Shown here piece after piece: positions 27,186-42,619 of a stretch of DNA of 64,000 nt (its first letter is position 1; the number at the start of each line of letters is the position of its first letter). The DNA is from the human T2T-CHM13v2.0 reference genome, Homo sapiens. The notes below the pieces were generated by a model, which was given only the letters and a program-made list of their open reading frames with translations, made no database searches and had not been told where the DNA came from. The DNA is taken from the NCBI RefSeq assembly GCF_009914755.1, contig NC_060931.1. One strand, 5' to 3'. The position numbers were made by a program, and so were the translations under genes.

Positions 27186-27974
27186 ACGAAGCTTCTTAAG
27201 GCATGATATTAAGTTTTGATATTCTTTATAAAATAAACATAGAAATGTAACCTTATTCTTACACTAATAAATTTGCTGCATTTTAATAATAGTAAAGATT
27301 AGAGTATATTTAGAACACCTTCTGTAAAACCTTGAATTAGAAAAAAAAATATCCTGAGCTTTTAGACAATGAACTTTGTTATTCTTTCTACCTATAAATG
27401 CTACTTTGGAGCATGTTGATTCTGGGTACCACTGCAAAGCAAGCTATCATCAGTAACCCTCTACCTCCAGTTTTACCATATCTCTGTCCTTATCATGGTG
27501 CCTCTTTCCCCTGGATTCCCTAAGATATTTACAAGCTTCCTTGTAAACTAAGATTCCTTCTTTTGAAGCTATACCTAATCTCCTCCTGGAAACCTACCAT
27601 ATTCTAGATATTTGTTTTATTATTTTCCTTTTTCAAAATGCCTAGGTTGTCCCAACACTTGAAATTGATGTAATAAATTGTTAATAGCTAACAATAGATT
27701 AATACTGTTATAGATATTTGAATTTTATAAAAAACCTCTACATATACAGTTCAGTTGAAAGACATGTGGCTCTAATAGTGGTATTTCTGCCATCATGGCT
27801 GACTTCTTGGAAAGATATTACTGACTAATAATCTGGGGAACCATGCAGCTGATCGTCTTAGCAACTATTGCAGTAGGTCCCTCCTTAAAGTTGTACTCTT
27901 TTAACTCAATCTAAACTTTGATAGAAATCTTGAAAGAATTTGCTTTTAAAGGATATTGGGATTCCCCCCATCCC

Positions 27975-28483
<509 letters not shown>

Positions 28484-29398
28484 TAGAAAGAATATAAAAC
28501 ATGTAGTTTAAATACAGAGTTTAAGCAATATCACCTTAGTTGCTAATGGAGTTGCAAATGCTTTTATCTCTGAAAAATTGGTTGCTGACTAACAAGTCAT
28601 CTATGGGTTACAGCTTCAGTACTGGCCTGGGTTGGATTGTCATGGGCATGGAGACATGCCATCATTTAGCATTGTTTTAGGCTATACGATGAAGAAGATA
28701 TTTCAACAAAAATTTGAATTTTAAACAGAGTCAACATCCTGAGCTCTCTCAGCCACCAAGATATACAGGGAATGAGAAACTGAGGTTAAGTTCCTAGAGA
28801 GTGAAAGGACATTGAAGGTTAGGTTAGAACTGGGGCCAAGAACCTACGAATTCCCTTGACACAAAGAATGGCAGTAAAAACCTCATAAAAATGAGTAAAC
28901 AGAGCCCAAGACTATTTATTTTTCCTGATGTGCAAAAAATAGAGTATTTCTAATATGCAAATACAATTCTGAATTATTTAGGCTATACCTTGTTAACTTA
29001 GAGCATGCCACACAATTAATAATGAGGTCATGGTCACAAGTATATTCTTTTGAGGACAAGTGTAGTGTCATTCTGTTTGCGGCTCTTAGGGAGCTAGAAT
29101 AGCTTTCTACTACTAGAAAAACAACTTGAGACTGTGCTCCCTGTTGGAATAAACAAGATAATCTACATGTTGACATAGGATACAATTTTTTTCCTGAATA
29201 AATTATTTAATTTATAACAAACTCATATGTATAGGATGATTTAGTTTCACTTAAATTTAGACACTTAACCTATTGCATAATGTAAATTATGTGCAATAAT
29301 TAAAAGAAACAAAATTATAGTTTTTAAAACTGTAATAGGACTAAACAAATATGTAGGTATTTAATAATATTATATTTCTTCTTAATCTAGGGTCACTG

Positions 29399-29472
29399 TA
29401 AAACACTTATTCAACTCATCAACAATGCAATCAGATTGATTGACATTGCAACTGAATTGAGCAAGTGTTTTA
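29399..29472. repeat. Imperfect inverted repeat (about 35-bp arms, 3-nt loop)
   Basis: taaaacacttattcaactcatcaacaatgcaatca-gat-tgattgacattgcaactgaattgagcaagtgtttta. Confidence 0.85.
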
Positions 29473-31750
29473 GTTCTCCTTTTAAATGGCCTAAATCAGT
29501 TGCTTAAGAAGGAAGAAGAGAAGGCAGAAGAGAATCAAAATGAGAAAGAGGAGTGCAAAGGGGGAAAGAGAGGTGGGTCACAAATACATTTGTTTACACT
29601 TTCTTCTATTAATTTCAGTGTTAATTTATGCTTACCCATAGTTTAACCTAACATCTATTTAATATGAAGTCCACTTAAGTTATAGTGTTAGGAGAAAACT
29701 AGTGATGTTTAGTGAACCATCTCCCCATCAACATCAAGTAAAGTCTCCTACTTTAATTTTTAGTTAGCTACTCAGGCGCCTTACATTTTCTATATACATT
29801 TTATTACGGCTATCATATTTCACAAAAAATACCAAAATATCTAAAAATAAATTTTGTAAACATTGACATCATTATAAAATTAATTGGAGCATCCAAGATC
29901 ATTACATGCCTCTCCATTTATTCAGACCATCGTCTGTGTCCTTTATTATAGTTTAAAGATTTCCTTGGGCACTGTTAAGGCATTCCTGTGGTTTGCTTTA
30001 TACAAATATTTAGGCTTTAATATTTTAATATGGAAATATATTATTGTCACCTTTAAATTGCTTTCCAAACTCCTGTGCACTGTCAGTATAATTATTAATC
30101 CAAACTTGGGACATTCTTAGAATAATTAGTATAAGGCCTTACTTACTGTATAAAGCTGAGCCCAAAATCTGCATGAGTACAACTCATGGGACATAAACTC
30201 ACCATATCTTATAGGCTCCACTGAGACAATTAGTTTTCATTGAATTGGAGGGTTGCCAAAAATCCCTGGTTTGAATGCATATATTGTTGTCAAATGAAGA
30301 GCAGATAGTTCCTGTTAAAATTAGCATAATATAAGCCAGCATGCATCTGGACAACTAATGGAAAGATGGCTAAATATAGGTTTATATTGGAGAAAACATA
30401 CATATAAATGTATTAGAAAATATACAAATAAATATAACCAAAATTTAAATCTAGTCAGAGAATTTAAAGGCAGGTGTTTATATGAGCTATATTTGACACT
30501 TTAATACTTTCTGAAGTAAACTGACAAAAATTGTCTGTTATTTGTAATCAGGAGTAAAGGTATAAGGATACTTAACAAAAATCAGTACTACTGAATCTCC
30601 AAGTCAGTAAATCCTGAATGAGTGGGCCACAAATTTCAGTATATTATAAAATACCTGGTATTACAAGGTAAGCAAAACTGGCGATTACTGAATTTCTTAA
30701 AATAAAATAAAACAATAAACTTTAAAAGAAATAATAGACATGTGCTTCGTAAGGCAAAAAAAGTAATTACAAAGATGTTAAGTTTGAAATCTCCAGAATT
30801 CTAAAATTCTTTCAATCTCTTTGCCTGCACTGTTTTCTCATGCCTCATTTCTCCTTCATTTAGTTTTCTAATTAACTCCCACTTCCTTATCACATATCGG
30901 TTCAAATTTAACTCCAACTGAGAATCCTTATTAGAAACTGTTACTTGATAGCCAAGCCTCAATTAATATTTTCTCAATAAATATATAAATAAATGGCCAG
31001 GAAGGGAAAGCTGAGGAACTGACTCCTATCTTTCCTTTCCCCACTTTCTTTCTATATCTCCCTTATCAATCTTTGAATAAAATTATATTTTGTTAAGATA
31101 GATCTCATCCAGGTGATACCAAGGCTATCGTACAAAACTGACTACATTGATCATTGATACCGTTTTAAAATCTCATTATGAAGCCTGGAAAATTGTAGAT
31201 GCAATACACCATTCATGTATTAAAGGCATATTAAAAGTCAGAAGAAAGTAATCCGTATATCCAGATGAGAAAAATGCATAGGAAGCCGAAGATAAGCATG
31301 GTAAACTGATAATTATACTTCAGTTGATTATTTGCCAATCTAAATCAAAAGGAGCTTTGGTTTTAACAATCATTAAGGGAAAGAAGACAAATCTTTAGTC
31401 TTATTCATGTTGAGAAGTGAGATGTATTGCTCCCATAAGGCCTGGATTCTCAACTGGAATAACCTCAAGAAAGGGGTAGACTGGAAAGAAAGAAAGAAAC
31501 CTTTAAAATATCTGCTACTCAGGAAAGAGAAAGTTTTTATATGAAATTTGGAGAGAAGAGTTTACCCTGAGAATTCTTAATCATCTGGCCCTAACTAAGG
31601 TTCAGGGTGTACACTTATAACAAAAGTACAGCCCACCAACCACCAAAAACAACAATAAAACACAAAAAAAAACAACAAAAATCATAAAACATTTGAAATA
31701 GAAGGAATTTCATTAAGATGAAAGACGATAAAGAGTATAATACCAAATAG

Positions 31751-32057
<307 letters not shown>

Positions 32058-32074
32058 AGCAAACATCACTTTTA

Positions 32075-33060
32075 GGGGTCAAAAATTTGAACTGAAATTT
32101 CTAGAGAATGTTAAGGATGCTCACTATTATTACTTCCATCTGATATTGTACTGGTGGTTTTAGCAGTTTTGTATGAAAAGAAAATGCAAAGAATTGTAAG
32201 TTTTAAATAAATAGAGATACATTTACTCATATAGGTAAACTCATTATTGAAAAAATTTGTTCAAATTAATCCATAAATTATATTTAATCACAATAAAAAA
32301 TCTGATAGTCTGTTTTCTGGAAGTTAACAAATGAATCCTAAATTTTCGTGGGTCCTTCATAAGACCAACAATCACCAAAGCAATTTTGAATAAATGAAAC
32401 AAAATATTAATACTGTACAACCAGATATCAAAACTTACATATACTTGTTGTGAATGTAGTGTAGATTTGATAAAAACAAAGATATGCTGTACATTAGACA
32501 AAATAGAAACCTTAAGAAAAGAATCATATTAATAGGTAAACTTGATATATGATAGGAGTGACATTGCATTAATGGGGAAAGAACAAACTACTAGATGGAT
32601 TTTCATGTCTAAACTTTTTAAATTGAATCATTATTTTCTAAAATATGCAAAAATTAATTCCAAGCAGATTAAAGCACAATTTGGTCTTATTTAGTAAATA
32701 TGAATAATGTGTTTGTTAGCACCCCAAAACACTATTATACATTTTGTATTTGATAGAATATTTTACATAATTTTATACAGTTTGATGTACAAAAATATTT
32801 AAGTTTTTGTAATAATCAAAAAAAGAAATAATGTCTCAAATATCCATGAACAGAAAAGTGGACAAATAAAAATGTGATCTTTTTCAATGAAAAAAAAATT
32901 CTGAGCTACATGTAACATAATGTCATAAATGTAGACATAATAAAAAAGTAAAACAAATTGGGGGAAGAAAAATAATAGAGTAAAATACAATTTATGTAAA
33001 GTTTAAAAAGCTATGACACATGCAGTATATTTGGAGAAGGAGTTAATATACATGCATGTA
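32075..33060 (+). mobile_element. Decayed old L1M ORF2/3' fragments
   Basis: aaggatgctcactattattacttcc, aatcaccaaagcaattttgaa, aacttgatatatgatagg...ggggaaagaac motifs. Confidence 0.5.
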
Positions 33061-33104
33061 TGCATGAGAAATGTAAACAGCAACATCAGAATAAAACAGT
33101 CATT

Positions 33105-33412
33105 ATTGCTGTTTGCCAACATTTCTGGTTCTTACACCATCTAAAAACATGTAGGTCTGTGCTATCTCATGCTCTTTGGGTAAACAGGACCATTAGGCTG
33201 TTACTGGAAATAACATCATTTACTTTGTATATAACTGTATATAACAGTCTTTCATGGAGACTGTTGAAGTTTAAATGGTGGTTGCCTTGTTGTTCTGGGT
33301 GCCTAAATGCCTCAGTAGGCATGGACCTTTAGCACAAGTGAAACAAAACTGCTGTTGTTTTACATGACTGTGGTATGAATAGTTCACTATCTAGCCTATT
33401 CTGACTGATACA
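33105..33412 (+). mobile_element. MLT1 (J/K-like) MaLR LTR, old
   Basis: Ends ctagcctattctgactgataca; internal catggacctttagcacaagtgaaacaaaactgctgttgttt. Confidence 0.55.
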
Positions 33413-34559
33413 CAGGTATGGTTAACTCTGATGTGACTATGGATAGTTAGACAGTGGGATTAAACTACAGTTTCAAAGTTTTATTACTTCAATGAATTAT
33501 GCTTAAGTTTCCCTTATTTTTCCCAAGTATATTTGGCTTGATTAAAATATTTATAGTAAAATAGCAAAATGAAATATTCAATAGTTCTACCTTTTAAAAA
33601 GTTAATAAGAGGTGGGTTGTGTTGTGTTTTTGGTAATGAAATAATGTATATGGTTTTGGAATTAACATTTCTGACATACTTTAGAACTTTGTTTTACTTT
33701 TTCCTGTTTCCTATTTTCTTTTCTGTCTCATTCAATGCCTTGCCTCCATCACCGCACTACCTCCTGGACACAAGAGAATTCAGAGTAAGCTTCGTTGCAC
33801 ACCGTGAGGCAGCACATTGTTCTACAGCATTTTGTCCAGGAATACATGTAGGTAGATGACAAAATTGGAGCCCACACAATTTTAAAAGTAGCAATAAAAA
33901 CGCTTCCAAAGTAAATAATGATGATGATGATGATTCATAAACCATACCTAACTAAAAGAAATTGCAAATGATAAATTTTGTGTACCTCAGAGAGACCCTC
34001 AAGAGGTATTAGTCCTATTCCAGCATAATATTACCTAACCATTTTATTTGTGGTGGGTAGAAATATGGCCAGTGTAAATTTTGTTAAGAAATAACAAAAG
34101 CAGGGAAAGGTTGTGAATAACATAACTATATATAAGAAGATGGATAGATTTTAAAAGTCAAAATTGTTTTCAGTCATGAAACACATTCTTTCACTCAGTA
34201 GAACACAGCTGAAACAACGTTAATTATGTGCTTTCTACCTATAATACTTCAATGCACTTTTACCGTATTACATTTTTGTGTACCTGAACTAAATAAATAA
34301 TAGAACGTTAACTCCCTATGGTAAAATAAGAAAGAAATCCATGTAATAACCCTCTTCGAGGAGAAAGAAGTGAAAGCAGTTATATAATCCATTAATAAAT
34401 CACACTTATTAGTCCTCAGGAGGGAATTTTATTTAAAAATCAATGCTTTCTTCCCAATAGACATAATCATCTAGAAATTAGGTATATTTTTCATGAAAGG
34501 ATTTGCCATAGGAAGTTTTACCATAATGTAGCACAATTAAGTACTACTACTGATTAATC

Positions 34560-34885
34560 TGTGCTTTAACACTATCACTTACTATAAAATCTTAGGCAAC
34601 TATCTTTTTACACTCAGATAGAGAAGACAATAATTCATTCAGGTATGATAATGACTAAATAGGTCATACTAATTACTTATCATAGAAACTGGCACATAAG
34701 AAGTGTTTAACAAATGACATCAAATTCGTTATCATCATCAGAACTGACCTTGTAACTTATATGTTACTATCACTAGTTTACATTCAAGGAAATTGAGGCT
34801 CTGAGAAGTTAATTAACTGGTCCAATTTTGTACAGATAAAATACTAGATTTGCCAAAATCATCTATATCCTTGTAGAGCCATATT
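34560..34885. mobile_element. L2 3' end (+) followed by a MIR fragment (-)
   Basis: ctggcacataagaagtgtttaacaaat; aaggaaattgaggctctgagaagttaattaactggtcc. Confidence 0.5.
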
Positions 34886-35329
34886 ATTGGTTTGTAGTTT
34901 GAATATGCATTTATAATTATTGATAGTACTTTTTGAGGAAGAAATGCAAGCTAAAATATATGCAAGTGAGTGCAATAAGTACTATTTTCTGAGAAACATC
35001 TGTGGCCATATTATCCCAAACATTGGTTGGAAATACATTTTATTTTTATTTATCAAAACAAGTCAAGATGGAATTATTAATTCTCAATTTCTTCAAGTCT
35101 CAACTAACAGTTTCCTTACATGAAAACTGTAATTTAAGTAACTGGATACCAGGAAAAAGAAAAAGAGAAGACCTTCAATTTAATGATAGATATCTACCAT
35201 AAATTAAACCTCATTCAAGAACTTCAATGCACAAATGCACCTTTTGTGCTATATGTGTTGGTCCATTTATTTTTTAAATCCAATAACAATATAACAATAT
35301 ACTAAGTGAAGGGAAGCCTACAAGCCCCT

Positions 35330-36235
35330 AAGCATAGAGCAACTCTGTTCTTACCTTGGAAGTACTCATCTTCTGAATAACATTAGGAGGATGACACTGA
35401 ACCAGAAATCACAATAGACTCAGTAGCCCTGTGATAGAGATAAACAATGGGTTCAAATTCCTTTATGAGGAGAATGTTTAAATAATTGGTGTAGGTATCT
35501 TTGGACAAAAATAATATTATATATAAAGACATGAGATGAGAAAGCAAATGATGTTTTCAGAGGAGGCAAAAACAAATGGTTGAGAGTGAGCTGGATACTA
35601 GGTATGTGGAAATATGGTGAAAGCTAAGTTAAAAGATGTTCATAAATCCCACATCAGGTAGGCCTCATATTTAAGGCCATGGAGTAAAAAAGTTTAAGAT
35701 TGAAAGTAACATGCTTAGATTTACATTTGTAAAATCACTGTGGCAACAGCCTGTAGGATAGTGAACCTGAATACCTCTTTCCAATTACCCATGCAGCCTT
35801 TTATTCATCCACGCATATGTGTATTCAAAACATGTTTTGTTCACCCACTACATGTGAGGCAATGTGACACATTATGGAAGTACAGTGAACAAAATAAGCC
35901 TTCATTTTCTCTCTTCCTCCTCCTCTCCTTTCTCTCCACACTTCCCTCCCTGTCACAGGGTTTATTGAAAAATTTCACAGACGGGTGGTAAACAAAAATA
36001 GATAATAAAATAACCTGGTATAAAAATATAAAAAAGCATGTAATTCTGAGAATTTAAAATAAATCTCAAATAAATGATTTAATAAATAAATGAAATAAAT
36101 GATTGGAGAAGCATGAATAGATTGGAGAACTATTTAGGAGGTAGAATTTACAGGATGTGGAAATGATTGAAAATAAGGGGTGGAGGAGAGAAAACTTTAA
36201 AATAATTCCAGGGTTTCAACTCTGACATTTTGATG
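35330..36235 (-). mobile_element. L2 fragments
   Basis: ttcaaaacatgttttgttcacccactacatgtgaggca; gaactatttaggaggtagaatttacagga...aataattccagggtttc. Confidence 0.5.
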
Positions 36236-37219
36236 AAGCCAAGTTATTGGCCTGTTTTATTCATTTACTGAATAGACTATATCAAATTATTTGGAACAAT
36301 GGAAGGAAACCATTCTGAGTTATTTATTTATAGTTAGTCTTCCACACATTTGACAGGGTTGGAATCATTAACTCATACTGTTACCAATGCTTACACAGAT
36401 ATATTTGGAGAGTAAATGGATGTATTTGAGGGCTTTGTAGTAACTCTCACTGGCTCACACTCCCCTTTGGTACAATAGATCCAGCACACAGCATGCAAGT
36501 CTGAGATTACTGCTAGACCTGGCCCAAGGTGACAAAACCAGACAATTATGTCAGGGTCAATTATGTTTGGGGTGAGAAGGGTGGAGAATGGAAATTATAG
36601 AGTATTTGAGAGCATCAGCTAGGTGAAGGAAGTAACTTCAGTAGAGGCCCAGAACATGGTTTTTGCACACAACCATCTATGCAAGTGCAGGCTTATGTGG
36701 AAGACATTTCTTCTAACATGGACATAGCCTGGAAACCCACATGCTCATATGTGTTAATAAGTATTTAAGATACAAATGGCACATTCCTAAATGTGGTGCC
36801 CTTCTGCAGTGTACATATCCAACACTCTTAGGAGGTAGCCCCAGAACCAGATACAACTGCCTGCTTCCCAATTTCCCTTCTCAAAATTTACACTGTAATT
36901 TTTTTTCTTCAGAAAAGGGTTTTTTACTCAGTCTGTGAAAACCTTTAACAACTCAAATTTTGGACAAAATTATTTTTCTTTTTTTTTTTAAATAACTGTG
37001 GCTTTTGTACCAACCACTTAAATCAAAGCCAAAGAATCATAGATGTGCTGTTTTAGAGCCTTCCTTTCCATTTATATTCACTTTTCCCCTCTCCTCCACA
37101 CTACATTGAATGAAGTGCATATGGTTCACCACGTTAATATCTGTGCTGAGGCAATAGAAAGAGGGGAATGGAAAGGTGTTTAGGATCCTGTTACAGGGCA
37201 TTAATTCCACTTTGAGTGG

Positions 37220-39546
37220 TGCATTAGTTTATTCTCACACTGCTATAAAGAATAACCTGAGATTGGGTAATTTATAAAGAAAAGAGGTTTAATTGACTCA
37301 CAGTTCTGCATGGGTGAGGAGGCCTCAGGAAACTTACAATCATGGCAAAAGGCAAAGGGGAAGCCAGATACATCTTACATGGTGGCAGGAGGAGGAGGGA
37401 ACCTGCCACATGCTTTTTAAGCATCAGATCTCATGAGAACTCACTCACTATCATGAGAATAGCATGGGAGAAATGACCACTATGATCCAATCACCTCTAA
37501 CCAAGTCTTTCCCCAACATGTGGAGATTACAATTTGATATGAGATTTGGATGGGGACACAAAGCCAAACCATATAATTCCTCTCCTGGCCCCTCCAAAAT
37601 CTCATGCCCTTTTCACATTTCAACACCAATCATGCTTTCCCAACAGTCCCCCAAGGTCTCAACTCATTTCAACTTTAACCCAAAAGTCCAAGTCCAAAAT
37701 CTCATCTGAGACCAGGCAAGTTTCTTCTGCCTATGAGCTGTAAAATAATAAACAAGTTAGTTACTTCCAAAATACAATGGGGATACAGGCATTGGGTAAA
37801 TCTTCCCATTCTGAATGGAAGAAATTGGACAAAACAAAGAGGCTGCAAGTCCCACCCAAGTCCAAAACCCTGCAGGGCAGTCATTAAATCATAAAGCCCC
37901 AAAATATCCTTTGACTCCATGTCTCATATCCAGGGAATTCTGATGCAAGGGGTGGGCTTCCACACCCTTAGGAAGCTCCACCCTTGTGGCTCTGCTGGGT
38001 ACTGCCCCTACAGCTGCTTTCATGGGCTGGCATTGAGTGCCCACAACTTTCCCAGGCACATGGTGCAAGCTGTTGGTGGATCTACCTTTCTGGGGTCTGG
38101 AGGATGGAGGCCCTCTTCTCACAGCTCCAATAGGCACTGCCCATGTGGGATTCTGTGTGGGGGCTACAATCCCACATTTCCTTTAGCACTGTACTAGTAG
38201 AGGTTCTCCATGAGGGCTCTACCCCTGCAGCAAACTTCTGCCAGGACATTCAGGCATTTCTATACATCCTCTGAAATCCAGGTGGAGGCTCCTATACTCT
38301 TGCCTTCTGTGCAACCACAGGCCCAACACCAAGTGGAAGCCACCAAGGCTTCGGGCTTGCACCTTCTGAAGCCATTGTTCAAGCTGTACCTTGGCCACTT
38401 TTAGCAATGCCTAGAGCTGGAGTGGCTGGGACACAAGGCACCAGGTCCCTAACGCTGCACAGAGCAGTAGGGCCCTGGGCCTGTGCCAAAAAATCATTTT
38501 TCCCTCCTAGGCCGCCCTGTCTCTGATGGGAAGGGCTGCTATGAAGATCTCTGAAATGCTCCTGAGGCATGTTCCCCATTGTCTGGTTATTAACATTCAG
38601 CTTCTCTTTACTTATGCTAATTTCTGCAGCCAGCGGCTTGAATTTCTCCCCAGAAAATGCGTTTTTCTTTCCTATGACATGGTCAGGCTGCAAATTTTCC
38701 AAACTTTTATGCTCTGCTTCCCTTTTAAACTTAAGTTCCAACTCCAGACTATCTATTTGTGGATACATATGACTGTACACTGTTAGGAACAGCCAGGTCA
38801 CTTCTTGAACACTTGCTGCTTAGGAATTTCTTCTGCCAGATACTGTAACTCATCTCTCTCAAGTTCAAAGTTCCACAGATCTCCAGGGCAGGGGCAAAAT
38901 GCTGCCAGTCTCTTTGCTAAAGCATAAGAAGGGTGATCTTTACTCCAGTTCCCAATAAGTTTCTCATCTCCATCTGAGAACACCTCATCCTGGACTTCAT
39001 TGTCCATATCACTATCAGCATTTTAGTCAAAACCATTCAACAAGTCTCTAGGAGATTCCAAACTTTCCCATGTCTTCTTGTCTTCTTCTGAGCCCTCCAA
39101 ACTGTTCTAACCTTTGCCCAATACCTAGTTCCAAAGTCACTTCCACATTTTCAGGTATCTTTATAGCGGTACCCCATTTCCCTGTTACAAATTTTCTGTA
39201 TTAGTCTGTTCTCACACTGCTGTAAAGAATGCCTTGAGGCTGGGTAATTTATAAAGAAAATAAGCTTATTTGACTCAGTTCTGCATGGCTGTGGAGGCCT
39301 CAGGAAACTTGCAATCATGGCAGAAGGCAAAGGGGAAGCAAGGCACATCTTACATGGTGGCAGGAGGAAGAGGAACTGCCACACACTTTTAAACCATCAG
39401 ATCTCATGAGAACTCACTATCAAGAGAAGAGCCTGGGGAAAACCACCCCTATGACCCAATCACCTCTCCCACCAGGTCCCTCTCCCAATACTTGGGGATT
39501 ATAATTTGATGAGATTTGGGTAGGGACACAGAGCCAAACCATATCA
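37220..39546 (-). mobile_element. Complete MSTA-type MaLR provirus (LTRs 37220-37576 and 39197-39546; internal 37577-39196)
   Basis: Two homologous LTRs, MaLR internal region (MDNEVQDEVFSDGDEKLIGNWSK...), PPT, 5-bp TSD agtgg/aatgg. Confidence 0.93.
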
Positions 39547-40157
39547 AATGGTATATGCTGATCTGGAACATATTGCCTATTTATCAAAATCTTCTTGCTT
39601 CCCCTTTACTTCCTTTTTTCTATCACTCCTTGTCTTCTACAAAGCCATAAATAGGGGACTGTCATCAGGAAGCCAAGTGAGACCACTATAGCTCACATGC
39701 ATTGGTACCTCCTATGTTGGGGGATTTATTAACTCAACCCTCCTCTCAATGAAGAGTAAACAGCCAGCTGTCTCTCAATTCCTTAGCATGTTGACATTCA
39801 AAAGGACAACTTGTTACAGCAGCAGCAGGAAAGCATTTCAGAGTTTAGCTATCACTTCTGAGAAAAAGATTATGACACAAATGCTCAAGAAAAAGGTAAG
39901 ACAGTACCCAGTTTTTCAACTTGCAAAATAGAGGAAAGTTTGTTGAGAAACTAGTTGATTTTTTAGCCTAAGTGAGGGGTAGAAATGAACAATGATTATA
40001 GATACAAATATAAATAGAAAATGTAACCTTTATAAATGCATGAATTAATCCTCTCTGATAATTAATACCCAAAGGTAACTGGTAAATGAATTTGAGAACT
40101 GATTGCCTAAATAGAATTTTGAAAGTAATTAATTTATGCTTTCTACAGAAATGTTTT

Positions 40158-40832
40158 CTTTTTTAAAAAATTTCAACTTTAATTTCAGATACAGAAAGTA
40201 CATGTGCAGATTTGTTACATGGGAATATTGCATGATGCTGAGGTTTGGAGTACAGATACCATCACCCAGTTAGTAAGCATAGTACCTGATAGGTAATTTT
40301 TAAACCCAGCTTCCACCTCTACTTTCTAGTAGTCCACAGTGTCTATTTTTCCTGTATTTATATCCATGTTCACTATGTTTAGCTCTCACTTATAAGTAAG
40401 AACATGTGATATTTTGTTTTCTGTTCTTCCATTAATTTGCTTAGGATTGTGACCACCAGTTCCACTGATGTTGCATCAAATTTCACTTTTTTTATGGCTG
40501 CATGGTATTCCATTGTGTATATGTACCATATTTTATTTATCCACTCTACCACTGACAGGCACCTGGGTTGATTCCATGTCTTTGCTACTATAAATAGCAT
40601 AGAGATTAACATATGAGTGTATGTGTCTTTTTGGTAGAGTGACTCATTTTTGGGAGGGTATGTTCTCAGTATTGTGATTGCAGTGTCAAATAGTAGCTCT
40701 ATTTTCTGTTCTTTGAGAAATTGCCAGGCTGCTTTCCGCAATGGCTGGACTAATTTACATTCCCACCAACAATGTATAAGCATTCCCATTTCTTGGCAGC
40801 CTCACCAGCATCTATTGTTTTTGACTTTTTTC
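40158..40832 (-). mobile_element. L1PA16-like 5'-truncated 3' end
   Basis: ORF 40379-40789 is the ORF2 C-terminus (HCWWECKLVQPL...KTKYHMFLLISES); 3'UTR catgtgcagatttgttacatggg...gatgctgaggtttgg. Confidence 0.88.
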
Positions 40833-42619
40833 TTTATGCAGGTTTAGTGTATCACATTTATACTTTTATAACCTGCTTAATAAGCAGCCAAAGATAATCA
40901 AATTCCATAAAGCAAGGTGACCCAAATACCAATAAAGTCAGAACACTAGACAGGGTCTATAGGAAGTATTATTTCTATACGGTATTCCCTACTCTTTTCC
41001 AGTCCTGACCAATATTTCAGGCAAGATTGTTTTTTTCTGGGTCATGGTAAGAAGATAATTAACGAAAGTCAGTGTAGCTTTTCAAATATGTAAAAAGAAT
41101 ACATCAATTCACAAAATAGTTTCTTTAACCCTGGAAGCAGATAGGCAGCAGATAAATAAAACAATTATTGCACTGCTGATAGGTAAATGCCTCCTTGATT
41201 ATCATCTGCTTAGTACCACTCTTTAGTGTGAACCTGATCTCAAAATCAGGCTTGGATTTTTTTTTTTGTTTCTCTTTAAAACAAATATAATAATTCTTAT
41301 CTTAAAAGATTCCTGGATCACTTTAATTCAAATAATTTATATTAGGAACTCCTATAAGTTAATATGGATATCTGTTCATTTAATACTCATAGAAGGGGTC
41401 TCCTTTATTAAAAGCATGGTACTAATCACTGCAGTTATGTAAAGGTATATAATTCATTTGAATTACTCAGTAAGCATTTATTTTACATGGACTATTAAAT
41501 GTTTTCTAGAATCAAAGAGTATATAAACAAAAAGAAAAATAAATACTTATGAAAGTTAACTATATAAAATAAAAATTAGACATTAAATAAGGAATATGTT
41601 TAAATAAGGAATATGTTACAGAAAATAAGTTCAGTGGAGTGACTACAGCAGGAGAGGGAAACCAAGAAGGCTTAAATCAACAAAAATATACTAAATTCTA
41701 ACCACAGCGAGTATAAAGAATGATGACAGGTAACATCAGTTGTAGAAAAAGATATTAGCAAGCTTAATTTTGTACAAGATATAAACCATGTAATGGAAAA
41801 AATACAATTAATGTGAAATAAATGCCCAAAGAGTATAAGGAAAATCATTTCACAAATACTAAAAAGAGGCAGGTCAGTTATGATGATGGAAGTTTTAATG
41901 TAAGAGGTAAAGTTTGGATCAAGCTTTGAATAATGCTTGTAATTTAATAGAAATGAGGCATTTTAGTTAGAGAATTTGTGTTCAGCAAAAGTCTGTTTAA
42001 TTTGAATGAAAGTCTTCTAAAAGTAGCATGAGCCTTGGAGATGACACCCGGGTCTAGGGTATAGGGTCAGTTTCACATGCTCAGAAATTTGATTTTGTCA
42101 ACATTCCCGGAGTGAGTCAATTGCTGAAGATGAGACTCATATTAATCAAGTTTGCAAAACCTGAAGTATAAATGAGAATATCAATTTATTAATTTACAAT
42201 GCAAGTAGAAGTTCTTGACAAACTAACTTAAGAAGTTTGCTTGGTAAGCAGCAGGAAACCAGAGACAGAATATCAGAGAATTTTGTTTAACATATTTTGT
42301 TAAATATTTGATATAGAGTTATGTTAATCACTTACTACTATCTCTAGAATAAATAAATTCCTGACAAAGTTAACTGAGTCATTGAGTTTTCAGGTCAAAA
42401 ATATGGAGGGGCTCCTTGTGCAGTGATACAGATGTGTTATATTAACATTTGTCTTACTCATGCTGTTTATGCCTCCACAACAAGTTTGCTAAACTGCCTA
42501 CTGAAATCCATGCGTTATTGGAGAGAAAATGTATCTAATTTATTCCAAATGTTATATTGTTAAGAAATCCAATTAGGACTAAATGTCATTACAGCATTTA
42601 ATTCACCACTATATGTTAA

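Noticed and set aside
37464-39384. Many 60-140 aa ORFs in the MaLR internal region (also 47549-51097)
   Set aside because: Broken pieces of the MaLR internal ORF or antisense chance frames; no continuous frame.
39820-39902. Splice-donor-like AAG|GTAAGA
   Set aside because: No convincing acceptor or coding signal; expected by chance in 64 kb.
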